The notes under the pieces were generated by a model. It ran no database searches. It was not told the origin of the DNA and saw only the letters and a list, made by a program, of their open reading frames with translations. Positions 19,064 through 27,261 of a DNA stretch of 64,000 bases are shown piece by piece. Every line of letters starts with the position of its first letter. The first letter of the stretch is position 1. The translations under genes were made by a program, and so were the position numbers. The DNA lies in the IMG/VR virus record IMGVR_UViG_3300021338_000003, positions 186,818-250,817 of that record. The stretch is one strand, 5' to 3'.

Positions 19064-19902
19064 TGAACCCTCTTGAAAAGATTCTGACCGCCTATACCAT
19101 CGAAGAGCCCCGGGATCGTCCCGAGGAACCCGAATACCCCTTCGAAGCCCAAATCGAGTATCAGGGGCTGGCCCTAGACATCGAGAATCTTAAGGGGAGC
19201 ACTCGATCTGGCGTCGACGAAAATGGTAACAAGTGGGAATCGACCATGTATGCTCACTACGGTGAGCTTCGCGGTCAAAATGCTCCTGACGGTGATTACC
19301 TTGATGTTTTTGTAGGCCCCGAAGATGACGCCCAATGGGTATTCGTGGTCCACCAGGTGCACCCGGGCGGGCACGAGAAGGCAGGCCAATTCGACGAAGA
19401 CAAGGTGATGCTGGGGTTCTCTTCTGCGGACGATGCCATCTCCTGCTACCTCAAGCACTATGACCGCCCTGACTACTTCGGTGGAGTGACCATGGTATCA
19501 ATGCCTGAGTTCAAGGCGTGGGTCAGCCATCCAGACTCTGATAGTAAGCCCGTCCAACCACCCGCCCAATGGAAAACCGACTATCTTCGTCCGAGGAAGA
19601 AAGACATGAACATTGAAGCCATGTCCAACCCACTGACCCGGACGAAGGAAATCATCCGGACCCTGGAAGAGAAACTTCGGGCCGCCCAGAAGAAGCTGAA
19701 GAAGGCAAGGGCAAATCACAAGAAGGCCACGACCATCACGCAAAAGGTGCGGTACAACACGGCCGTGAAGTGGCACCAGAAGACCGTCAAAAGCTTGAAG
19801 CAGGAAATCCGCGAGGAAAAGCAAGTCCTCCGAGATGACACCAAGCTTTTGAAGAAGGAGAAGAAGGCGTCTCTTGAAACGGTGATCGCCAAGTTCTCAT
19901 AG
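19063..19902 (+). CDS. Inorganic-pyrophosphatase-like (InPase) domain protein with a basic coiled-coil tail
   Basis: IENLKGSTRSG..W...M.AHYGEL..PDGDYLDVFVGP...VFVVHQ...FDEDKVMLGF is the InPase signature found in phage polyvalent proteins. Confidence 0.8.
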   Translation: MNPLEKILTAYTIEEPRDRPEEPEYPFEAQIEYQGLALDIENLKGSTRSGVDENGNKWESTMYAHYGELRGQNAPDGDYLDVFVGPEDDAQWVFVVHQVHPGGHEKAGQFDEDKVMLGFSSADDAISCYLKHYDRPDYFGGVTMVSMPEFKAWVSHPDSDSKPVQPPAQWKTDYLRPRKKDMNIEAMSNPLTRTKEIIRTLEEKLRAAQKKLKKARANHKKATTITQKVRYNTAVKWHQKTVKSLKQEIREEKQVLRDDTKLLKKEKKASLETVIAKFS

Positions 19903-19903
19903 G

Positions 19904-19932
19904 TTGACATATCTGTTGTGCCATGTTATAAT
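19904..19932 (+). promoter_or_regulatory. Perfect consensus sigma70 promoter P2
   Basis: TTGACA-tatctgttgtgccatgt(17)-TATAAT. Confidence 0.9.
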
Positions 19933-19952
19933 GCTAGGATGGGAGAGATGAA

Positions 19953-20885
19953 ATGAGCATCAAGAAGGTCATCGAGAAGTACGAAACCACCGCTTCTATG
20001 AGCCGCCAGGACTTCAACCAAGCCGTTCAGAAGGTTTGGGGAGGAGAAACCCCGGAGGGGTTGGTTGTCATCAGTCCCACTGAGTTTGCGTCCCACAGGG
20101 GGCTGTCATCTGACGCAAAGTCGATGATTCGAAAAGAACCGAAGGTGCCGGATACCAGACACCGCGGTCGGACGGAGTGGCTTCCATCTCAGTATATCCA
20201 GAACTGGGATTGGAACAATGGTGGTCTCTCCATCAGTTGGAACTGGGAGCAGAGGAAGGTCATCCTTCCCGAGGGGTGGGAGGACGACCGCAAGTTCATT
20301 CGATCTGTCAATGACTTCTATACCGCAGTGAAGGAGCAACTCCGGGTCACCGAGGAGGGGTGGATTGTCTACTCCTCTCGGGGCATCGTAGGGAGTGTGT
20401 CCCGACAATTTGGGGTTTCTATGAACCGTGCCGAGGCCGTCTTTGAAAAGAACAAGGATGAAGCTCTCCGGCAGACGGAAATCATGAGGATTCGACTGCC
20501 CATCGCCAGTCCTGTGAATGGGAAGGTCCTCATGATTCGCGACGAGCAAAGCGTAGTCGACTTCCTGGGGACCAAGCTCAAAAAGTCTCCTGACTTGTAC
20601 GTGTACGTCGAAGGATATGCCGAGGCCCCCCAAGACCCGGATGAGGAAGTCGATTCCTACAGCGCGTTTGATGGGTGGTCTCAGAAGGACCTCATCCTCG
20701 AACACATTGCCGACATTGATGCATTCGAAGCTGACCGCGACGGGCATTCGGTCATGGCCCTGTGCGGTCCCTTCAAGAGCGCGGCTGCAAAAAGAGCCTT
20801 CATGAAGAAGATTGGCCTCAGCTCAAGGCAAGAGAAGAAGAACCGCGAAACCGCCAAGGCATACGGAACCTTCCAGTCCTACTAG
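19953..20885 (+). CDS. Hypothetical protein with the MSIKKVIEKYETTAS leader
   Basis: GGAG SD; member of the shared leader family. Confidence 0.7.
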   Translation: MSIKKVIEKYETTASMSRQDFNQAVQKVWGGETPEGLVVISPTEFASHRGLSSDAKSMIRKEPKVPDTRHRGRTEWLPSQYIQNWDWNNGGLSISWNWEQRKVILPEGWEDDRKFIRSVNDFYTAVKEQLRVTEEGWIVYSSRGIVGSVSRQFGVSMNRAEAVFEKNKDEALRQTEIMRIRLPIASPVNGKVLMIRDEQSVVDFLGTKLKKSPDLYVYVEGYAEAPQDPDEEVDSYSAFDGWSQKDLILEHIADIDAFEADRDGHSVMALCGPFKSAAAKRAFMKKIGLSSRQEKKNRETAKAYGTFQSY

Positions 20886-20917
20886 TCCGAAGACCCCGCG
20901 CCAAGGATAGAACCAAA

Positions 20918-21364
20918 ATGAACCAGCCTCGGGCCAGGACCATGGCCCAGCAAATTACAGGTTGCTCGGTTGTTTTGACCGACAATCCTGACGGGTGGTA
21001 TCAACACCCGGGATTCATCGAGATACCTCGTGGAAAGGGTCGCAAGGAGGCCCTCATCCATGAAGTGTGTCATTGGGTTGTAGCCAACGACCTTGAGAGA
21101 AAGGAAGAAAACCTGGGCATGCCCAAAGACCCCCAGGTTGACCAGTTGAGCCTCTCGAAGGTTATGCGCGAACTTCGAGAACAACAGGCTTGCTTTCTTC
21201 AAAAAATCCTCTATGCCATGGATGGTAGAGAGGTCCCCCGCAACCCATCATGTCGTTTTCGGCTCATGGTCCCGCTGGGTGTCGACCACTCGAAGTGGGT
21301 GTTTGACCGAGCCCGAGAGATCGGATGGGAGAAATTGTACGTCTTGGTATCAAGGCCCTGGTAG
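20918..21364 (+). CDS. Putative zinc metallopeptidase (HExxH)
   Basis: EALIHEVCHWVV, later E in EQQAC; ImmA/IrrE-like by inference. Confidence 0.55.
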   Translation: MNQPRARTMAQQITGCSVVLTDNPDGWYQHPGFIEIPRGKGRKEALIHEVCHWVVANDLERKEENLGMPKDPQVDQLSLSKVMRELREQQACFLQKILYAMDGREVPRNPSCRFRLMVPLGVDHSKWVFDRAREIGWEKLYVLVSRPW

Positions 21365-21372
21365 GAGAAACA

Positions 21373-21774
21373 ATGAGCATCAAAGAAGTAATTGCAAAGT
21401 ACAAAGTCACTGCCTCGGGCCATGATCAAGAGATGATTAGCCATAGTCATGACTGGGTCAAATATGTTGACACAGAGGGGTGGGATCGACTATGGGATGA
21501 CAGTCTCAGACACGTCGCTCCCGAGGGCTACCTCAGGCATATTGAAGATGATGACTTGCAGTACCACATCATCATCTGGCTTGATGAAAGACTCTATGAC
21601 TTCTTGAAGGAGAAGGGCATGGAGATAGACGGAAGAAAGTGGGATGAGGACCTCTCGCAAGCTAGACAAAAGATGATAGAGGTTGCTTGCAGAAAGTCCG
21701 ACATACTTGAAGGACGTATCAGGCCAGAAGAAATAGAGAAGGTTATCAAGAGCATACCCGATTACATCACCTGA
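21373..21774 (+). CDS. Hypothetical protein with the MSIKEVIAKYKVTAS leader
   Basis: AGGAG SD before the ATG at 21373. Confidence 0.7.
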   Translation: MSIKEVIAKYKVTASGHDQEMISHSHDWVKYVDTEGWDRLWDDSLRHVAPEGYLRHIEDDDLQYHIIIWLDERLYDFLKEKGMEIDGRKWDEDLSQARQKMIEVACRKSDILEGRIRPEEIEKVIKSIPDYIT

Positions 21775-21819
21775 GGTTCCTGGGCGCTAGGTGGAAGATA
21801 TCAAATGAGGTATCTTCCT

Positions 21820-22686
21820 ATGTCCAAGATGATCACAGGACTGGCAGAAATCGACCCCTACAACCCTCTTGTGGTGTTGGAGGGGTCGAAGATTATCGAG
21901 GAAGTGCGCGAGTCTATCGTGGGGTCGGGCTCCGATCGGAGACTTGAGCGTACCGCGGTTGTGGCTTCTACCACCGAGGGTGGGTCCATCAAGCGGCGCC
22001 CCATGGATGTGTCCTGGCTGGCTGGCGCCAGTGAGGCATACAATATATCAGCCGATGTCCGGGACTACATCTTCGTTAATGTTCCGATCGTCACGGCCGA
22101 TTTCCCTAACCGAAACATGGACTGCTTCACGTATGAGGAGCTGACTACTTTCAGCCCAGTTCTGGGTCGCTTCGTCTACGGGTCTTTCAAAGCCAAGCCG
22201 ATGCACCTCAACCACAAGAACAAGAACCCCCTAGAGGCCAAGGGGGTCCACTTCGATGCCACACTCCGGAAGTACAAAGTATGGCCTGGGAAGCAAGGGT
22301 ATCAGAGCAACAACACCCAGCCTCGCGAACTCTGGAAGGTTCGGGTCATGTTGGGAGCTTGTCGCCAGAAAGACCCCAAGGTTGCCCAGAGCATCCTTGA
22401 CAAAAAGCGCACCGGGTATTCTATGGGTGCCTGGATCGACCACGCCTTCTGCTCGGTCTGCCACAATGACAACATGCGCCAGAAGTGCACCCACCGCCAG
22501 CGGGGCAAGGGTTCCATTTCCGCTGACGGCCGCTTGGTATATGACTGCGTGGCTGGTGTCAACTTCTTCGAAACCTCGGTCCTCGATGAAGAGCCGGCAG
22601 ACCCTGATGCCTGGGCTCCCGATGGTGTTTGGGCCCCACACCTGCAGCCCAACATCTGGGCATCCTCCTTGGAGGCTGTGCTGTGA
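21820..22686 (+). CDS. Prohead protease (jumbo-phage type, with Zn-binding insert)
   Basis: PNRNMDCF, MHLNH, YSMGAW..FCSVC...C.H, FFETSVLDEEPADPDA; upstream of scaffold and MCP. GAGGT SD before 21820; ORF track start is 21805. Confidence 0.75.
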   Translation: MSKMITGLAEIDPYNPLVVLEGSKIIEEVRESIVGSGSDRRLERTAVVASTTEGGSIKRRPMDVSWLAGASEAYNISADVRDYIFVNVPIVTADFPNRNMDCFTYEELTTFSPVLGRFVYGSFKAKPMHLNHKNKNPLEAKGVHFDATLRKYKVWPGKQGYQSNNTQPRELWKVRVMLGACRQKDPKVAQSILDKKRTGYSMGAWIDHAFCSVCHNDNMRQKCTHRQRGKGSISADGRLVYDCVAGVNFFETSVLDEEPADPDAWAPDGVWAPHLQPNIWASSLEAVL

Positions 22687-22970
22687 GCGACTATATATAC
22701 CTTGAAGTCACCGTTCTGGTCAGGCACCCCGAGAAGTTCGAGGGATTCAACTTCGAAAATGCAGCAAAGGACCTGGGCCTTTCACCTGACCGGCGAGGAA
22801 ACACCCTCCCTATTCGCACTGACCCTAGAATGGCCAGTGTTCACTTCTGGGGTCGATTCCCTATGGGGCCCGGGCTGCAGGACTCCATTCAGAGGCGTGC
22901 CGAGTCCGCACTCAGTCCCCTGGGCGTGCGTCGAGTTATCATCAGAGCACCTACGCCGAGGTTCATGTGA
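22683..22970 (+). CDS. Small hypothetical protein
   Basis: GTGA overlap with the protease stop. Confidence 0.5.
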   Translation: MSDYIYLEVTVLVRHPEKFEGFNFENAAKDLGLSPDRRGNTLPIRTDPRMASVHFWGRFPMGPGLQDSIQRRAESALSPLGVRRVIIRAPTPRFM

Positions 22971-23554
22971 CTATCCGCCATATCATCCGGGAGCAAATGG
23001 AAATCGAGGCTGCTGTCCCCGCCTGGCTGGCGTCCATGGGTGGAGCCGCAGTTGCCGTCGGTCTTCGTTTTGCCTTGAAGAAGGTGCTCCAGTCTGCGAT
23101 GAAGGCCATGGCCAAGCAAGCAGCCAAGAAGGCTGCCCAGCAGGGCGCGAAGAAAATCACCCAGAAGGGTGCCCAGAAGGTATTGATGAATCCGAAGGTT
23201 ATCAAGCCGGCCATGCGGAGAAAGATTGCTCAGAAGGGTATATCCGATTCCGAGATTGATGAGGTCATCAAAAACATGGACTCGTCAGTGGGCGAGAAAG
23301 CCCAGAAACTCGTGTTCTCCTATCTGGTTGAGAAGGGTACAGCCAACAAGACCCTAACCGAACAGGATGTGGCAGACCTCAAGGCCGGAAAGGCTCCGAA
23401 GGGTACCACTTCTCCTACCGCCAGTGGGAAGAAGGGAAAGAACGGCGAAAAGCCCCCGAAGGGCTACGAAAAAGTCAAGAGTAGCAAGAAAAATGCATAT
23501 CGTCGCAAAAAGGACGATGGCACGTACGACTACTGGTACCCCTCCAAGAAGTGA
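22967..23554 (+). CDS. Basic hypothetical protein with a leader ending IEAA, then a hydrophobic VPAWL segment
   Basis: MTIRHIIREQMEIEAAVPAWLASMGGAAVAVGL; shares this segment with ORF 34450..35310. Confidence 0.65.
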   Translation: MTIRHIIREQMEIEAAVPAWLASMGGAAVAVGLRFALKKVLQSAMKAMAKQAAKKAAQQGAKKITQKGAQKVLMNPKVIKPAMRRKIAQKGISDSEIDEVIKNMDSSVGEKAQKLVFSYLVEKGTANKTLTEQDVADLKAGKAPKGTTSPTASGKKGKNGEKPPKGYEKVKSSKKNAYRRKKDDGTYDYWYPSKK

Positions 23555-23562
23555 TATGGGCG

Positions 23563-23631
23563 CACTTGCATGCAAGTGGGAATCCTATTTCTGGAGATGA
23601 CATATCGTTAATTCGATATTGGATATCAAAT
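23563..23631. promoter_or_regulatory. Palindrome-rich regulatory region upstream of the scaffold gene
   Basis: 16-bp perfect palindrome cacttgcatgcaagtg (23563-78); IR atatcg-ttaatt-cgatat (23602-19); GATATCAAAT (23622-31). Confidence 0.55.
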
Positions 23632-23730
23632 CCGTCTCGAAGTGCCACTGCTTCTACCCAAAGTGGACCATGCACCCTACCTCTTGAATTTTGAATCCAC
23701 CGCATGGAAAATACCTCAAAGGAGTATACC

Positions 23731-25872
23731 GTGCCGAATGACCTCCGCAAGATTCGCGCAAAGCAGCAGCAGATGGACGCTATCACTGCTTCCATGGATG
23801 AGGGCAACACTGACGAGATGCCCACGAACGAAGATGGGAATGGTGCCGAAGCTGGTAGTGATACCGTTGACCTCGATTCTCTTGACCTCTCTGCCTACAT
23901 GGACGAGTCCAATGTAACCGCCGCCCCTATTGTCACCGCCGCAGACGACTGCGATGAGGACGAGGACGAGGATGAGGATGATGAGGACGAGGATGATGAG
24001 GACGATGGCAAGGCTACCGCTGGTTTCCAGAAGGGTGACAGCAAGTCTGATGACTCCGATGACTCTGATGATTCCGACGACTCTGATGATTCCAACGACT
24101 CTGACGACTCTGATGATTCCGACGACTCTGATGAGAAGGGCAAGGCCGAGGCCATGACTTCCGAGGCCCGTTGGTTCGAGGACCACGTTGCCGCTGCCCT
24201 GATCGACGCCGGCCTCAACGACCTCGAAATCGACACCCGAGAGGCAGCTGCCACTTCCCTGTCGAACCGTGCTCACATCGAGGGTTCTGCCTTCATCCAG
24301 GCCATGTCCGATGATGATTTCAGTCGGATGCAGAAGGATATGGTTCCCCTCTACCAAGAGACTCTTCGTATCACCAAGAAGATCCGCGAGGCCCAGGCCG
24401 AGGCTATGAAGGTTCAGGAAAACCTTCGCGCCAACAAGAAGGTCGAGGCTGCTGCTGACATGGGCCGCGAAATTCGTGACGCTATGTTCCAGGATATCGA
24501 AGACTCGAACCTCGACTATCATGCCCCCCAGTGGCTTCAGACCCTCGTGGCTGGCTTCTTGGGCAGCGATTCCAAGGAGACTCAGATGGATACCCCGACC
24601 GTTGAGGAGCGTGCGGCTGCTGCGGCGCCGGAGACAGCCCCCACGAAGCCCAAGAAGCCCAAGAAGCCCGCTGCTCACAAGCCTCGGACGGCCAGTGTGA
24701 AGCCTAGCCCTCGGAAGACCAGCCCCATTCAGGCTGCTTTCGAGGCCACGGCTACAGCTGTTGCTGAGATGGTCAAGATTGGCGATCTCCCCGGCGCTGC
24801 TCGCCTCGTCTGCTTTGAGGACTCTGAGGATGCCCGTCAGGCCGTTCAGGTCATGGCTGGTCTCGTGAAGTCTGGCCAGCATTCCCGGGCTGCCCATATG
24901 GTCAACGACCTTCGCACGGCTGTTCTTACGGCTCCCAAGCAGGAGGGTGGTGAGGCCCAAGGTGAGGTCACCGCTGGTGTTGAAGCTGCTCAACCGATGC
25001 ATGCTGTCCTTCTGGCCCAGCCCAAGGACTTCGGTGAGGTCAGCGAGGATGAGGTGTCCGTCATCCTCCACGCCGAGGCTTCCGAGGATCCCTACTACAC
25101 TGTCATCGTGCAGGGTATGCCGGTGGGTGAGATTCACCTTGCCGACCAGGGTGACCCCGATGAGTATCGTGCGACCTTCGCCGATGTCAATGTCTACGGT
25201 CGTGGTATCCGTCACGCCGTAGCCAACTTCGGTGTCGAGGATGCCCTGAGCAACTTCGAGGCTCGCTATTTCGTCACCGCCTTCGATAGCCACGCCGAGA
25301 TGGGTCGCATCAAGGATGAGGCTGCTGCTCTGGCTGCCGAGGCTATCAACGCCAAGGTTGCCGAGGCTACTGCGGAGATCGTGGACTTCATGATCCTCGC
25401 CCACGAGGGTATCCGTCGCAACGCCTACACCGTCGACGATCCACTGAAGTTCTCCCTGTACGAGACCCTCAAGAGCGCCGGTGTACGTGAGGCCAACATC
25501 CCCAATTTGGTAGAGCAGGCCATCAACATGCCCCTAGCCGTCGATGGCAGCAACGAGCGTACCGCTGCTATGTCGATGTACCTGGAGATCCTCGCTGAGA
25601 AGGCCAAGGAGTTCCAGAATATGGACCCGGCTGCTCTGGAGCACATCACCAAGACCATCATCAACGCCCCTGTCCGTAGCCGTTCGGCCTCGGTTGAGGC
25701 GGTGGCCATGCCCCAGACTCTCCGCGAGCGTCTTGCCAGCAACAACCAGCCGGTCATCAATGTGGGAGATCCGATCACCCCGGACCCCCACCCCTCCACT
25801 TCGAATAGCACTGCCGAGGATCTTCGCCGTGCTCTCGATCTGAGTCACGGATATCGGAACCGTCGGTCCTGA
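23731..25872 (+). CDS. Prohead scaffold/core protein
   Basis: Very acidic Ala-rich protein between protease and MCP; AAGGAG SD before GTG 23731 (ORF track start 23704); highly biased codons. Confidence 0.7.
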   Translation: MPNDLRKIRAKQQQMDAITASMDEGNTDEMPTNEDGNGAEAGSDTVDLDSLDLSAYMDESNVTAAPIVTAADDCDEDEDEDEDDEDEDDEDDGKATAGFQKGDSKSDDSDDSDDSDDSDDSNDSDDSDDSDDSDEKGKAEAMTSEARWFEDHVAAALIDAGLNDLEIDTREAAATSLSNRAHIEGSAFIQAMSDDDFSRMQKDMVPLYQETLRITKKIREAQAEAMKVQENLRANKKVEAAADMGREIRDAMFQDIEDSNLDYHAPQWLQTLVAGFLGSDSKETQMDTPTVEERAAAAAPETAPTKPKKPKKPAAHKPRTASVKPSPRKTSPIQAAFEATATAVAEMVKIGDLPGAARLVCFEDSEDARQAVQVMAGLVKSGQHSRAAHMVNDLRTAVLTAPKQEGGEAQGEVTAGVEAAQPMHAVLLAQPKDFGEVSEDEVSVILHAEASEDPYYTVIVQGMPVGEIHLADQGDPDEYRATFADVNVYGRGIRHAVANFGVEDALSNFEARYFVTAFDSHAEMGRIKDEAAALAAEAINAKVAEATAEIVDFMILAHEGIRRNAYTVDDPLKFSLYETLKSAGVREANIPNLVEQAINMPLAVDGSNERTAAMSMYLEILAEKAKEFQNMDPAALEHITKTIINAPVRSRSASVEAVAMPQTLRERLASNNQPVINVGDPITPDPHPSTSNSTAEDLRRALDLSHGYRNRRS
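24046..24132 (+). repeat. Imperfect 9-bp tandem repeat encoding (SDD)x10 in the scaffold
   Basis: tct/tcc-gat/gac-gat/gac units. Confidence 0.85.
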
Positions 25873-25878
25873 TGCTTC

Positions 25879-25897
25879 GGGGATATTTGATATCCCC
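25879..25897. terminator. Hairpin after the scaffold gene, containing the reverse GATATCAAAT motif
   Basis: ggggatat-ttg-atatcccc. Confidence 0.5.
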
Positions 25898-25970
25898 ATC
25901 ACCTCTTCAATCACCTCAATAGATATCAAATAGGGTGGAAATCCCATCCGCCAAACAAGGGAAAATCACA

Positions 25971-26711
25971 ATGGCAATCGACCTCAAGAAGACCGACTCC
26001 GATCTCGATATCGAAGTCCCTCTGGGCCTCGGCCAGTCCTTCACCGAGGAAGGCCAGCTCGTCATTGGTACGCTGGCCTCCGGTGAGGAAGTGGCGAATG
26101 TTGGGACCGCAGCGGCCAGCCTGAAGCTTCTCGGCTTCGCCAAGCTGGACACCGTGTCCCCGGCTTCGACTCGGACCTTCAGCACCACGGGTACCATCCC
26201 GAGTGCTGCAGCCTATACCATCAGCATCGGTCACACCCTCGTGACCAGCGACATCAATGCTGATGGTGATGTCCGGGTGCAGCGTGTTGATACGGGTGCC
26301 TACCTCACTCTCGCTTCTGGTGCTCCGGCGTCCGGTGAGTTTCAGCTTTCCGACGCAGCCAACGGTGTCCTGACCTTCAACTCGGCTCAGGCTGGGCTGC
26401 AGGTCCGCATCTGGGCCCGGGTGACCATGAGTGCCCGTGAGCGTGATGGTCTGTACCAGCAGCGCCACATCAACAGCAACGCTCAGGGAGACCTGGAGCG
26501 CGTTGGTGTGATCTCGGGTACCGGCGTCATCTACACCGACCAGTACGACATGTCCGTCACGGATTGGACGTCTGGCGATCTCCGCACCGGTGCGGGTGGC
26601 GTGATCACCGTTGGTGGTGGTGGCACTGTCCTGGACGGCTCGGTTTCCGTCATCCACGTTCCGAGCCTCGACGAGCCTATGCTCGGCCTGCGGTTCACCC
26701 TCGGCCGCTGA
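25971..26711 (+). CDS. Head decoration/cement-like structural protein
   Basis: Lies between scaffold and MCP; Gly/Thr beta-rich; start context ggaaaatcacaATGGCA matches the MCP context ggaaaatcaaaATGGCA. Confidence 0.55.
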   Translation: MAIDLKKTDSDLDIEVPLGLGQSFTEEGQLVIGTLASGEEVANVGTAAASLKLLGFAKLDTVSPASTRTFSTTGTIPSAAAYTISIGHTLVTSDINADGDVRVQRVDTGAYLTLASGAPASGEFQLSDAANGVLTFNSAQAGLQVRIWARVTMSARERDGLYQQRHINSNAQGDLERVGVISGTGVIYTDQYDMSVTDWTSGDLRTGAGGVITVGGGGTVLDGSVSVIHVPSLDEPMLGLRFTLGR

Positions 26712-26724
26712 GGCTAGACCTTCG

Positions 26725-27237
26725 ATGCGCTACCTGAATGACATTCTAGCCAAGATAATCTTGGTTCGTGATTCCCTTCGGGAGAAGGGTCAGCAGAAGC
26801 ATGCTGCTGACCTGGACGCTCACGCGGGCGCACTATACTTCCTCGGGGCTGGAGACAGCTCCGAAATTACCTCTCATGCACCTGATACCTCTGATTCCGA
26901 GCGGGTGGCTCGACTGTCTGGCCAAGAAAAGGCCAGACTGCGCCGCCTCAAAAAGAGAAGGGCCAACAAGCGTCCTGCGCGTAAGCGCTATGTCTGTTGC
27001 ACCCCTCTCGAAAAGCGTCGTACCCGTCGTGGGACGGCGTGGGCTAGCGTCTGTCACTATGTAGTCACGAGTGGAAAGCGTCGTGGTCAAATGGCCGCTT
27101 CCTCTATCATGGTCTCCTACGGAAATCAAAAACCGAAGGCAATCATCGTCAAAGAGAGTGGTCGTGATCGTCGAATGAGCTTCTGTCGAAGTGGTCAACT
27201 AGAGCGGGCAAAAGCCAAGTTCGCAAAGAAAGCCTGA
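26725..27237 (+). CDS. Basic hypothetical protein in the head cluster
   Basis: Arg/Lys-rich C-terminal half. Confidence 0.55.
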   Translation: MRYLNDILAKIILVRDSLREKGQQKHAADLDAHAGALYFLGAGDSSEITSHAPDTSDSERVARLSGQEKARLRRLKKRRANKRPARKRYVCCTPLEKRRTRRGTAWASVCHYVVTSGKRRGQMAASSIMVSYGNQKPKAIIVKESGRDRRMSFCRSGQLERAKAKFAKKA

Positions 27238-27261
27238 CATCAGGAACAGAGGAAAATCAAA

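Noticed and set aside
23947-24135. DE-rich and SDD tandem repeats as a CRISPR array or non-coding repeat
   Set aside because: They are in-frame low-complexity codons of the acidic scaffold, with no unique spacers.
23716-25404. 562-aa antisense ORF
   Set aside because: Shadow of the highly codon-biased scaffold gene; no RBS or motif.
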